NCBI GenBank assembly: GCA_902622655.1
Contig: CACNQY010000002.1
Coordinates: 11,285 to 75,284 of the forward strand
Source: an uncultured Pelagibacteraceae bacterium
GTDB taxonomy: Bacteria; Pseudomonadota; Alphaproteobacteria; Pelagibacterales; Pelagibacteraceae
DNA length: 64,000 bases
Reading direction: 5' to 3'
The notes under the pieces are model-generated. The model had not been told where the DNA came from, ran no database searches, and worked only from the letters and a program-made list of their open reading frames with translations. Below are positions 42,229 to 52,089 of this stretch, one piece after another. The position numbers were made by a program, and so were the translations under genes. Numbering within the stretch: position 1 is the stretch's first letter; every line of letters starts with the position of its first letter.

Positions 42229-43926
42229 TTACGTAACTTTTTTAAGCAAATTTTCAAAGTCTTTAACGAATGTGTCTGTATCAAACAATGGCGATTTCAG
42301 TGCTTTTTCTCTAAGGCTTAAACCATATTTTAAAGATAAATTTTTATCTAACTTAAGTGCATTAGCCTTTTTAATATAATCCTCATCGTTATCCGCGATC
42401 AAACTTTCTAAACCTACATTCTTATTTATACTTTCGCCACATCTTGAATTAAAATTAAAGCCTTTCATGGTTAAAATTGGTAAACCCATAACAATGGCCT
42501 CGTAAGAGGTTGTTACTCCTGGATACGGAAAAGTGTCCAAAGCAACATTGGCCTTATTGTAAAGTTTAAGGTGGTCAACAATTTTGTTTTCACGATCTAA
42601 GATATTAATCTTTTCACTTTTAACACCATTAATTTTAAATTTATTTAAAATGTTTGCTCTTAAGTCTTCACCTCCTCCTAAATGGTCTTTAAGTAAAATA
42701 ACAGAATCATCATGTCTTAAAATTTCTGACCAAACACTGATAGTCCTATCAGAAATTTTTTGAAGATTGTTGAATGAACAAAAAGTAAAATTTGGAATAA
42801 TTTTTTTTTCAACTTCAATATCTGGATAATTTTCAGATGGTGAAAGTGCATTCCATATTTTTGGTAAATAAAGTATTTTTTCATTGTAAATAGATAATTC
42901 ATCAGGTTTGATTAAATTTTTATCTGAAATTAGATAATCTAAGTTTTTAAGCCCTAGGCTATTATTATAACCTAGCCACAACATTTGAATTCTAGCACTT
43001 CGTTTAGCCAATATTTCATGCCTATTCCCCTGCGTGTATCCACTTAAATCAATAAGTAAGTCTAAATTTAAAGACCTAACAAAGGTGATTAAATTATTTA
43101 CAGAGTACCCCTCAATGTCATACCAGAAGTCTGCTAATTTTTTAAACTTTTCAGTAACACTATCTTGGTCAATAATTCTAACATTGCTAATTAAATGTAT
43201 TTCAAATGTTGATCTATCTATTTTAATTAATAAATCTTTTAAAAAGTGAGCTACCGAGTGACTTTTAAAATCAGCTGAAATAAATGATAATTTAATTTTT
43301 TTGTTAGTTTTTGTATCGAATTTAAACTTATCCTCGTCGATATTTAGATTTTTCTCAATTAACTTAGCATAACTTCTACATTCCTTCATGTATTCATTTT
43401 GGGAAATTCCGCTTGCATAGTTTAGAGAAGAGATAAAAGGTAGACGTCCTTCTTTTTTATCGGGAAGTAGAGTGTAAAGTTTTTTAAAAAAAATAATAGA
43501 TTCTTTTCTATTTCCCAAATAAAAATGTATTCTAGCTATTCCCTCAATTAATTTTACATCTTTTTCATTTTTTTCATAAGCTTTGAGAGCCAGCTCCTTA
43601 ACTTTTTTAAATACTTTTGTTCTAAAGCTTGTAGCTATCATGTTGTGAAGTGAGGGCATATGATTGTTTGAGTTATATACTTTTTCGAATAAATCTGACG
43701 CTTTAATTAATTTTTCGTGTGACTCTGATCCTTTGGCTCCGTGAATTCCATCTTTGTCTTTCTGAGATTCCTGTAAAAATATTGAGGAGGCGTAATAAAA
43801 AATTATTGAAGGATGTTGTTTTTCAATATCACCCAACATATCAGCTTCGAATTGAACTCTTTCATATTGTTGGGAGTCCAAAAAACTTAAAAATCTTTTT
43901 GATAGATCCTTGTTAAGATCGCTCAT
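42229..43926 (-). CDS. GT41 (OGT/SPINDLY-like) glycosyltransferase with short TPR-like N-terminus
   Basis: SADFKSHSVAHF, LIDLSGYT, WLGY, SFNNLQKI and LDTFPYPGVTTSYEA motifs. Confidence 0.88.
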   Translation of the reverse strand: MSDLNKDLSKRFLSFLDSQQYERVQFEADMLGDIEKQHPSIIFYYASSIFLQESQKDKDGIHGAKGSESHEKLIKASDLFEKVYNSNNHMPSLHNMIATSFRTKVFKKVKELALKAYEKNEKDVKLIEGIARIHFYLGNRKESIIFFKKLYTLLPDKKEGRLPFISSLNYASGISQNEYMKECRSYAKLIEKNLNIDEDKFKFDTKTNKKIKLSFISADFKSHSVAHFLKDLLIKIDRSTFEIHLISNVRIIDQDSVTEKFKKLADFWYDIEGYSVNNLITFVRSLNLDLLIDLSGYTQGNRHEILAKRSARIQMLWLGYNNSLGLKNLDYLISDKNLIKPDELSIYNEKILYLPKIWNALSPSENYPDIEVEKKIIPNFTFCSFNNLQKISDRTISVWSEILRHDDSVILLKDHLGGGEDLRANILNKFKINGVKSEKINILDRENKIVDHLKLYNKANVALDTFPYPGVTTSYEAIVMGLPILTMKGFNFNSRCGESINKNVGLESLIADNDEDYIKKANALKLDKNLSLKYGLSLREKALKSPLFDTDTFVKDFENLLKKVT

Positions 43927-43935
43927 TAAAATAAT

Positions 43936-45204
43936 TTAAGACGGTTTGTTCATAGAGTTAAAAAACTCTGCGTTGTTTTTTGTATCTTTCAATTTAGAAT
44001 TAATAAATTCAATAGCGTCCATAGTTCCCATTGGAGCAATTATTCTTCTTAACACATTCATTTTTTGCAAATCATTTTTATCAAATAACAACTCTTCTCT
44101 TCTTGTTCCTGATTTTGTTATATCAATTGCTGGATATATTCTTTTATCTGCAATTTTTCTGTCTAGTATTGTTTCGCTATTACCTGTTCCTTTAAATTCT
44201 TCAAAAATTACTTCATCCATTCTACTTCCAGTATCAATCAAAGCTGTGGATATAATTGTTAAAGAACCACCTTCTTCAATGTTCCTTGCGGCACCGAAAA
44301 ATCTTTTGGGCCTCTGAAGTGCATTTGCATCCACACCACCTGTTAGAACCTTACCTGAACTTGGTATAACTGCATTATATGCTCTTCCTAATCTTGTTAT
44401 AGAGTCTAATAATATAATAACATCTTTTTTGTGTTCAGTTAATCTTTTAGCTTTTTCAATAACCATTTCAGCTACTGCTACGTGCCTTTGAGCCGGTTCA
44501 TCAAAAGTAGAGCTAATTACTTCTCCTTTCACCGTTCTTTGCATGTCTGTTACTTCTTCTGGTCTTTCATCAATCAAAAGGACCATGAGGTAGCATTCTG
44601 GATAATTTTTTGCGATTGAGTTTGCAATGCTTTGTAAAATCATTGTTTTTCCAGCTTTGGGTGGAGAAATAATTATAGACCTTTGTCCTTTACCGATCGG
44701 ACTTACTAAATCAATAAGTCTTGGGGTTAAATCTTGTTTTTTTTCAACTTTTGTAGTTTCAACTTCCATAACTAATTGTTTATCTGGATATAAAGGTGTT
44801 AAGTTATCAAATGCAATTTTGTGTCTTGCTTTTTCTGGTTCCTCAAAGTTTATCTTACTAACCTGTAATAATGCAAAATACCTTTCTCCCTCTTTTGGAG
44901 CTCTTACTGGTCCTTCAACAGTATCTCCAGTTCTCAAACCAAATTTTCTAATCTGACTTGGACTTACATAAATGTCATCAGGTCCTGGCAAATAGTTTGA
45001 TTCCATTGCTCTTAAAAAACCAAAACCATCCTGCAGCAATTGCAATACGCCTACTCCTGTTATTTCCTCTTTCTCAGCAACTTTTTTTAAGATTGCAAAA
45101 AGAATTTCTTGTTTTCTTAATGTGCTAGCGTTTTCTATGCCAAGTTCTTCTGCTTGTGTAATAAGCTGCTCAGAAGATTTTAATTTTAATTCTTGAATAT
45201 TCAT
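43936..45204 (-). CDS. rho: Transcription termination factor Rho
   Basis: [31 protein letters not shown] and [10 protein letters not shown] motifs. Confidence 0.98.
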   Translation of the reverse strand: MNIQELKLKSSEQLITQAEELGIENASTLRKQEILFAILKKVAEKEEITGVGVLQLLQDGFGFLRAMESNYLPGPDDIYVSPSQIRKFGLRTGDTVEGPVRAPKEGERYFALLQVSKINFEEPEKARHKIAFDNLTPLYPDKQLVMEVETTKVEKKQDLTPRLIDLVSPIGKGQRSIIISPPKAGKTMILQSIANSIAKNYPECYLMVLLIDERPEEVTDMQRTVKGEVISSTFDEPAQRHVAVAEMVIEKAKRLTEHKKDVIILLDSITRLGRAYNAVIPSSGKVLTGGVDANALQRPKRFFGAARNIEEGGSLTIISTALIDTGSRMDEVIFEEFKGTGNSETILDRKIADKRIYPAIDITKSGTRREELLFDKNDLQKMNVLRRIIAPMGTMDAIEFINSKLKDTKNNAEFFNSMNKPS

Positions 45205-45325
45205 GATTAATTTTTTTAAGGACTAAATAGATAACACTAATATATATACAATCACGAGCATTACAAGTTAGTTTATAAATCACGAAAAAAATAAGTAAAA
45301 TAAGGCATTTTAGAATACTAAAATA

Positions 45326-45847
45326 CTAATTTTTTAATTCCATAGCAAAATTATCCACCTTGGACCAGTCTGTAAATTCATATGATTGCGAAGTATCTGT
45401 TGGTCCTTTGGTAATAAACATTATGAATTTGATTATATATTTATCCATAATATTATAATTAGGGTAATCAACCCTACCTGCAAATACCTCTATTTTCTTT
45501 GGCTTCCATTTAGAAATTTTTAAAAATTTTTTTATATAAGGATTGGTTTCTGCTGAATTTTTTTCTGATTTTCTAGCAACTACATTTACTGAAAAAAATA
45601 TTCCTTTTTTGTTATCTAATATATTTTTGTTCGAATTAACAAATTTATAAAGTTCTTTTGAATGTTTTCCATATCTAATACTCGCACCAATTATAATTTT
45701 ATCAAATTCAGATAAGTTAATTTTTGTTGCCTCCTCTAAAGAAACCACTTTTGAAAAGCCATTTTCTTTCAAAAATTTTGTTATTCTATTGCAGATTGTT
45801 TTTGTATGACCGTCTGTGCTTGAGTAAATTAATAATGAGCTTGTCAT
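45326..45847 (-). CDS. hemG: Flavodoxin-type protoporphyrinogen IX oxidase HemG
   Basis: YSSTDGHTKTI, IGASIRYGKH, FFSVNVVARK and EFTDW motifs; follows hemE-hemH. Confidence 0.9.
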   Translation of the reverse strand: MTSSLLIYSSTDGHTKTICNRITKFLKENGFSKVVSLEEATKINLSEFDKIIIGASIRYGKHSKELYKFVNSNKNILDNKKGIFFSVNVVARKSEKNSAETNPYIKKFLKISKWKPKKIEVFAGRVDYPNYNIMDKYIIKFIMFITKGPTDTSQSYEFTDWSKVDNFAMELKN

Positions 45848-45859
45848 ATTTAATAAAAA

Positions 45860-46978
45860 TTATGACTTGTTCATTATTTGGATTGGCATCTTTTCATAAA
45901 ATTTATTATCTAACCGATACTCTATGTCCTCTTTGTCTTGGGCAGAACCTTCTGCTTGTATAAAAGTATATTTCGCGAAATCTTTACACCAGTCTTTTTT
46001 AACGTTTAAACATTCAACGGGATAAACATTGCCACCCCATTCTTTTGCTTCATTAACTAACTCATGACCCAATTCATCGGTTGTTTCAAGGCAATCCGCA
46101 ACAAAACTTGGAGAGTATATAGCTATCTCTTTTTTACCTTCTGAAATTAACTTTTTCACAACATCCTCTGTGTATGGCGTTATCCACTCCTCGGATCCAA
46201 AACGACTTTGGAAACTCATCATGCATTTTTCAGCATCGATGCTTTTTAATTTATTAGAAATTAAACAAAACGTTTCGTAGCAATGTCTATAATAATCATC
46301 ACCTTTGTTAACAATTCTTCTTTTTTGCATTCCATGAAAAGTTATAATTAAATTATCAATTTTTTTTCCGTCCTTTGTTAGCTCGTTTATTTTTGCATCT
46401 ACCTGATTGACAGAATTATTTATGAAGGCATGTGTTCTATGAAAATTTGTAATAACCTCAAATGTTGGTATTTTTACTCTTTTTGACAACTCTTTTGCCA
46501 AGGCATCAATTCCTGAAGCTATTGTGCTCTCAGAGTACTGAGGAAACATTGGTATAACTAATAACTTGGTGGCACCAATTCCTTTTTTAAGATCTTCTTC
46601 CCAACTATCGTAAACTTCGTTAACATATGGTGGTGACAAAAGGAAAGCGTGGTTTACTTCCACATATCCATTAGGATCTATTTTCTTTAGTTCTTCATCT
46701 ACGTTTTTTGTGAAGTCTCTAGTGTTAGTAATTAATGGGAAGCTCTCACCATCCCAGATTCTTGCATAAAGCTTTGCTGATTTTTTAGGCCTAAAAGGCA
46801 ATACAAAAAAATTTAGAATTATTTTCCATATCCATGGATTTATATCTACAACCCTTGGATCTCCTAAAAATTTTCTCAAATATTTTCTTAAAGCTTTAGT
46901 GGTTGGTTCAGAAGGTGATCCAAGTTGAACAAATACAACTTTGGTTTTTCTTTTTGGATGAGTGTAACTTTGATTCAT
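45860..46978 (-). CDS. hemH: Ferrochelatase
   Basis: QLGSP, FLGDPRVV, PMFPQYS, FHG, FQSRFG..W..PYT and FVADCLET motifs. Confidence 0.95.
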   Translation of the reverse strand: MNQSYTHPKRKTKVVFVQLGSPSEPTTKALRKYLRKFLGDPRVVDINPWIWKIILNFFVLPFRPKKSAKLYARIWDGESFPLITNTRDFTKNVDEELKKIDPNGYVEVNHAFLLSPPYVNEVYDSWEEDLKKGIGATKLLVIPMFPQYSESTIASGIDALAKELSKRVKIPTFEVITNFHRTHAFINNSVNQVDAKINELTKDGKKIDNLIITFHGMQKRRIVNKGDDYYRHCYETFCLISNKLKSIDAEKCMMSFQSRFGSEEWITPYTEDVVKKLISEGKKEIAIYSPSFVADCLETTDELGHELVNEAKEWGGNVYPVECLNVKKDWCKDFAKYTFIQAEGSAQDKEDIEYRLDNKFYEKMPIQIMNKS

Positions 46979-46979
46979 T

Positions 46980-47981
46980 TTAATAATTTTTTACTATTTG
47001 CACTAAATAATCAACCATTTCAGGATCCGTCTCAGGAAGCACTCCATGGCCTAAATTAAATATATAAGGATGGTCCTTAAAAATATCGAGATATTTTGTA
47101 GCTTCTTTTTTAAGATTTTCTTTATCTGTTAATAAAATTTTTGGGTCAAGACCACCCTGGACGGGAATTTTAATATCCTTTAAAATATCTTTGGGATTTA
47201 CATTGTAATCAATATTTATTGCGTCCGGTTTAACAATGTCACAAAACTCTATATAATTTTTGATCTCTCTTGGAAAACATATAACAGGTACGTTAAGAGA
47301 CTTAATATAATTGACCAAATTCAGTGTAGGAGCATATATATATTTTGGTAAATCTTTTTCTTTTAATAAACCAGCCCAGCTATCAAATATTTGTATTACG
47401 CTAGCACCGTTATCAACTTGTTTTTTAATATGAATTTTTAAAAATTTTTCAATTATTGATAAAGTTTTATTTATTAAAAGAGTATCTTTAAAGAAATCTT
47501 TTTTTAAATCTTGTTTTGGGGATTGTTGATTTATCATGTAAACCAATAAAGTCCATGGAGCACCTATAAAACCTATAGTGTTTTTATTTTTAAGAATTTG
47601 GTTACTACTAACTTTTTTAACAATGCTGTATACACTTTGTAATTTTTCAACAAAATCAATTTCATTAACTTTTTCAAGTTGATTTAAATATAATTCTCCT
47701 AACTTTGGCCCAAAATTTTTTTTAAAATCTACTTTTTGGTTTAATCCATACGGTAGCATTAATATGTCAGAAAATATTATTGCGGCATCTAGATTAAATC
47801 TTTTTAAAGGTTGTAACGATATTTGTGATGATAAATTTACGTTTAAACATAACTTAATAAAATTAGTATTATTTTTTCTAATTTCTCTAAATTCAGGTAA
47901 ATATCTTCCCGCTTGTCTCATTATCCAAATAGGATTGATATTTGTGTTTTTACTTAATAATACTTTGTTAATAGGTGTCAT
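46980..47981 (-). CDS. hemE: Uroporphyrinogen decarboxylase
   Basis: WIMRQAGRYLPE, AIIFSDIL and FNLGHG motifs. Confidence 0.97.
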   Translation of the reverse strand: MTPINKVLLSKNTNINPIWIMRQAGRYLPEFREIRKNNTNFIKLCLNVNLSSQISLQPLKRFNLDAAIIFSDILMLPYGLNQKVDFKKNFGPKLGELYLNQLEKVNEIDFVEKLQSVYSIVKKVSSNQILKNKNTIGFIGAPWTLLVYMINQQSPKQDLKKDFFKDTLLINKTLSIIEKFLKIHIKKQVDNGASVIQIFDSWAGLLKEKDLPKYIYAPTLNLVNYIKSLNVPVICFPREIKNYIEFCDIVKPDAINIDYNVNPKDILKDIKIPVQGGLDPKILLTDKENLKKEATKYLDIFKDHPYIFNLGHGVLPETDPEMVDYLVQIVKNY

Positions 47982-48250
47982 ATAAAATATATATAAATTA
48001 TTGTAGTTGTAATATATCCTGTGAATAAAGGTGATTAATTTTTACAAACATTTTATTCACATTTTAATAACATCTTGGTTAACTGAAACTGTTAAAAATG
48101 AAGCTTTTTTTTAATAAATATAAATTTTGTGGAATGTCTTCCCCTATTTATTATTATTGTGAACAAAACCGTTGTTTTACAAGCTTAATTGAAAAAAAAT
48201 TAAATTGAGTAATTTTATTAAAATAATACAAATTTATTAACAAATTATTC
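47982..48250. other. Predicted chromosomal replication origin (oriC)
   Basis: Longest intergenic gap in the window, at the hemE-adjacent position known for alphaproteobacterial origins; DnaA-box-like TGTGAATAA (48020-48028), TTATTCACA (48053-48061) and TGTGAACAA (48158-48166); AT-rich tract; near parAB/parS. Confidence 0.8.
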
Positions 48251-49078
48251 ATGAGCAATACATACCATATTTATTTAATTTCAGATTCGACCGGGGAAAC
48301 TCTAGATAGAATTTTCTTATCTTTGAAAGCTCAATTTTTAAATATAGAATACAAGGTTCACTCGTATTCCTTTACAAGAACAGAAAACCAAATTCTTAAA
48401 ATTTTAGAAGACGCTGAAAATAAAAGAAATTCTATTATTTTGTACACCATAGTCGACAATAACTTAGCGAAACACCTTTCTAACATAAGCGAAAATAAAA
48501 AAATGCCATGTTTTAGTGTTTTGGGTAATTTAATTTTAAATTTTTCAAAAATTTTAAATCAAAAAGCAACACATGAACCAAGCGGGCAACATATATTAAA
48601 TGAAGAGTATTATGAAAGAATAGAGGCAATACAATTTACAATGAATCACGATGATGGTAATTTAATTAACGAAATTGATAAATCGGACATAATTCTTGTC
48701 GGTGTAAGCAGAACAAGCAAAACCCCAACCTCAATTTACTTAGCTAACAGAGGGTTTAAAACATCAAATATTCCCTTGGTAAACGAAAATTCACTTCCTC
48801 AAAAATTAAAAGATAATCCAAAGTTATCCTGTGTAGTGGGCTTAAGTACAGAACCCGAAAGACTTGCTGATTTAAGAAAAAACAGAATGAATTCTTTAAA
48901 AGAAACGGAAAATACTCATTACACCGATCTTAAGAATATTCAAAAAGAAGTTTTAAATGCAAAAAAAACTTTTCAAAAATACAAATGGCCACATATTGAT
49001 GTTACCAGAAAATCTGTTGAGGAAACAGCGGCATCAATAATCAAAATTCATGAGATATATTTAAACAATGAAAAATAA
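48251..49078 (+). CDS. ppsR: PEP synthase / pyruvate-phosphate dikinase regulatory kinase-phosphorylase (DUF299)
   Basis: ISDSTGET, HDDG, GVSRTSKTPTSIYLA and DVTRKSVEETA motifs. Confidence 0.93.
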   Translation: MSNTYHIYLISDSTGETLDRIFLSLKAQFLNIEYKVHSYSFTRTENQILKILEDAENKRNSIILYTIVDNNLAKHLSNISENKKMPCFSVLGNLILNFSKILNQKATHEPSGQHILNEEYYERIEAIQFTMNHDDGNLINEIDKSDIILVGVSRTSKTPTSIYLANRGFKTSNIPLVNENSLPQKLKDNPKLSCVVGLSTEPERLADLRKNRMNSLKETENTHYTDLKNIQKEVLNAKKTFQKYKWPHIDVTRKSVEETAASIIKIHEIYLNNEK

Positions 49079-49655
49079 AATTATCCTTGCATCTAAAAGC
49101 AAAGTACGAAAAGAAATTTTAGATAAAAACAATATTGAATGCATTGTGGAGCCTTCAGGTATTGATGAAGACACCGTTAAAGAAAGTCTATTAAAAGAAA
49201 AGGTTTCACCAGAAATCATTTCAAAAAATTTAGCAGAGTTAAAAGCAAATAAAATCAGCTTAAAAAAGCCAGATCATATTGTTTTAGGCGCAGATAGTGT
49301 GATAGATCTTGACGGTGAACTAATCTCTAAACCGGAAAATAGGGATGAAGCAATGAAAATTTTAACAAAATTAAATGCAAAAACGCATAATTTAATAAGT
49401 TCTGTTTGCATATCAAAAAATGGTTCTATGATATGGAACTATACTGACAAAGCCGACCTAACAATGAAAAATTTTTCTGAGGAAGAATTAAAAAAATATT
49501 TAAACAAAATATCAGATGAAGATTTATACGCCTATAATGTCTATCAAATAGAAGGTGAAGGAAGGAATTTATTTTTTGAGATAAATGGCGATGAAGACAC
49601 TATAATGGGCCTACCAATTAAAAAAATTAAGGAATATTTAAACCAAGTTCAATGA
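49068..49655 (+). CDS. maf: Maf-family nucleoside triphosphate pyrophosphatase
   Basis: ILASKS..R, KA, GADSV, SKP and IMGLP motifs. Confidence 0.92.
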   Translation: MKNKIILASKSKVRKEILDKNNIECIVEPSGIDEDTVKESLLKEKVSPEIISKNLAELKANKISLKKPDHIVLGADSVIDLDGELISKPENRDEAMKILTKLNAKTHNLISSVCISKNGSMIWNYTDKADLTMKNFSEEELKKYLNKISDEDLYAYNVYQIEGEGRNLFFEINGDEDTIMGLPIKKIKEYLNQVQ

Positions 49656-50446
49656 AAAAATATTTTGTAATTGGAAATCCCATAGATCATTCTTTATCTC
49701 CAAAACTACACAATTATTGGATAAAGAAAAATAATTTAGATGCATTTTATGAAAAAATTAAATTAGAAGAAAATGATTTACAAAAATTTACGTCCGACAT
49801 TAAACAAAAAAAAATAGCAGGCGCGAATATAACTGTCCCTTTTAAAAAAGCTATTATACCTTATTTAGACAAGTTAACTTCTGAAGCAAAAAAAACTCAG
49901 TCAGTTAATACAATAATTTTAGATAATGAAAAATTATTAGGATGTAACACTGATATATTTGGTTTTGAAAGTGCAATTAAAAATTTAAACTATGATATTT
50001 TAAATAAAAAAATATTTATTTTAGGAGCCGGGGGCGTTGTGCCTTCTATAATTTTTGCTTTAAATAAAATGAAAGTTTCAGAAATAACTATATGCAACAG
50101 AACAAGACAAAAAGCTGAAAATTTAAAATACCAATTTAATAACTTAAAAATTGTTGATTGGGGTGAAATTCCTGACTTCGATTTAATCATTAATGCAACA
50201 AGCCTTGGTTTAAACAATGAGGAAATTAATTTAAATTTTTCAGGTATCGGAAGAAACAAGCTATTTTATGATGTAATTTATAACCCAATAGAAACTTATT
50301 TTTTAAAAGAAGGCAAGAAACTTGGCAACCAATCAGAAAATGGTAAGCTTATGTTTTTGTATCAAGCACTAGAAGCTTTTAATTTATGGCATGGAATAAA
50401 ACCTGAGATAGATAATAAAATAATAAAACTTCTTGATAATGGTTAA
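49652..50446 (+). CDS. aroE: Shikimate dehydrogenase
   Basis: HSLSPKLH, NITVPFK, NTD, GAGG, NRT and DVIYNP motifs. Confidence 0.95.
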   Translation: MKKYFVIGNPIDHSLSPKLHNYWIKKNNLDAFYEKIKLEENDLQKFTSDIKQKKIAGANITVPFKKAIIPYLDKLTSEAKKTQSVNTIILDNEKLLGCNTDIFGFESAIKNLNYDILNKKIFILGAGGVVPSIIFALNKMKVSEITICNRTRQKAENLKYQFNNLKIVDWGEIPDFDLIINATSLGLNNEEINLNFSGIGRNKLFYDVIYNPIETYFLKEGKKLGNQSENGKLMFLYQALEAFNLWHGIKPEIDNKIIKLLDNG

Positions 50447-51011
50447 AATTGGAATTTTAGGAGATATAGGTTCAGGAAAAAGTTTTGTAGCAAATAGTTT
50501 TGGTTATCCTGTTTTTAATGCTGATAAAATTGTAGCAGAATTATATCAGAACGATAAGCTAATTTTTAGTAAATTAAAAAAAATACTTCCAAAATATTTC
50601 CCAAAATTTCCAGTTAGCAAAAAGAAAGTTTTAGATGCGATATTTGATGATGAGAGAAATTTAAAAAAAATTGTAAAAATAGTACACGAAGAAGTAAGAA
50701 AAAAACTTAATATCTTTTTAAAACAAAACAGCTCAAAAAGAATTGTTATATTAGATATCCCTTTGCTTTTAGAAAATAAAATAAATAACAAACAAGATAT
50801 CTTGGTTTTTGTTCAATCTCAAAAAACTGATGTTTTAAAAAGATTAAAAAAAAGAAAAAATTATAATAGAAAGTTATTATCTATTTTTAAAAAAATTCAA
50901 CTTCCATTAGATTTAAAAAAAAAAAAATCTAAATACATAATAAAAAATGACTTTACTAAAAAAAAAATTTTCAAAGAAATCAAATATATTTTAAAAGATA
51001 TTAATAAATGA
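50439..51011 (+). CDS. coaE: Dephospho-CoA kinase
   Basis: GDIGSGKS P-loop and DIPLLLE; aroE-coaE-dnaQ order; start set at ATG 50439. Confidence 0.92.
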   Translation: MVKIGILGDIGSGKSFVANSFGYPVFNADKIVAELYQNDKLIFSKLKKILPKYFPKFPVSKKKVLDAIFDDERNLKKIVKIVHEEVRKKLNIFLKQNSSKRIVILDIPLLLENKINNKQDILVFVQSQKTDVLKRLKKRKNYNRKLLSIFKKIQLPLDLKKKKSKYIIKNDFTKKKIFKEIKYILKDINK

Positions 51012-51670
51012 AAGAAATTGTCTTAGATACAGAAACAACAGGGATCTCAGTTAAAGAAGGACATAGAATAGTCGAGATTGGCTGCATAGAACTTGAAAAC
51101 CTAATTCCAACAAAAAATAGATTTCACTGTTATTTAAATCCTGAAAGAGAAGTTTCCGAAAAAGCTTTTAAAGTTCATGGATATACAGATGAATTCTTAG
51201 CTAAACAAAAAAAATTCAACGAAGTTGGAGATATTTTTTTAGATTTTATAAAAGATAAAAAGTTAATTATTCATAATGCAGAATTTGATATTGGACATTT
51301 AAATAATGAATTATCTATCCTAGGCAAAAATAAAATATCTAACGAAGTAGTTGATACATTAATTTTAGCTCGTGAAAAATTTCCTGGAGCCCAAGCAAGT
51401 TTAGATGCGCTTTGTAAAAGATTTAGAATAGATAATTCAAGAAGAAAACTACATACAGCATTAATAGACTGCGAACTTTTGGCTAAAGTTTATATTAATT
51501 TAATAGATCAAAAAGAGCCCACGTTAAATTTTCAAAATCAAAATGAAAATTTAGAAAACAAATTAAGTGATCAAATTACGTATTTTAAAAAAATAATTAA
51601 ACCAACATCAGAAGAGCTTAAAAAACACAATCTATATTTAAAAAATTTTCTTAAGAAAAATTATTATTAA
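51008..51670 (+). CDS. dnaQ: DNA polymerase III epsilon subunit
   Basis: LDTETTG, HNAEFD and HTALID exonuclease motifs. Confidence 0.96.
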   Translation: MKEIVLDTETTGISVKEGHRIVEIGCIELENLIPTKNRFHCYLNPEREVSEKAFKVHGYTDEFLAKQKKFNEVGDIFLDFIKDKKLIIHNAEFDIGHLNNELSILGKNKISNEVVDTLILAREKFPGAQASLDALCKRFRIDNSRRKLHTALIDCELLAKVYINLIDQKEPTLNFQNQNENLENKLSDQITYFKKIIKPTSEELKKHNLYLKNFLKKNYY

Positions 51671-52089
51671 CTATTATTTTTTTCGTAAAGTTCATCAAAA
51701 TCTATTTTTTTTGAAAACTTTAATTCGGGAAAGCCAGATCCATGTAATACATTTAGAAAAGTTTTCTCTAGATCTGGATATATCTCATTTTGCACATCAC
51801 AAAGAACAATTTTAGCTAAATTCTTTTTGTCATCAATTACTTCATCCAATCTAATTATTGTAGCAAACACAATTTCAAAAAAAGATTTTTTGACATTTTC
51901 TTTTTTATCTTCATATTTTATTGTTGTTTCAACTTGAATAATTTTTTCTTTTAATAGCTTAGATTTTATATCTATATTTAAAGAATAATTTGAAATATTA
52001 TCTTTAACAAAAAGATAAGTATCAACATCAGGTGTTTCACTTGACATATCTTTAATAAATTTAGCTATTATTTTATATTTATTTGCCAT
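51667..52089 (-). CDS. secB: Protein-export chaperone SecB (divergent)
   Basis: FIKDMSSETP, GFP and IDFDELY motifs; dnaQ/secB/fxsA/Tim44 synteny. Confidence 0.8.
   Translation of the reverse strand: MANKYKIIAKFIKDMSSETPDVDTYLFVKDNISNYSLNIDIKSKLLKEKIIQVETTIKYEDKKENVKKSFFEIVFATIIRLDEVIDDKKNLAKIVLCDVQNEIYPDLEKTFLNVLHGSGFPELKFSKKIDFDELYEKNNS

Noticed and set aside
43718-43765. Slightly GC-richer stretch in the GT41 N-terminus (KDKDGIHGAKGSESH) as a possible insertion
   Set aside because: No flanking repeats, and an insertion cannot be shown without an alignment
48064-48095. TTAA motifs in oriC as CtrA boxes
   Set aside because: Spacings are 11 and 9 nt, not the required 7, and TTAA is very common in this AT-rich DNA
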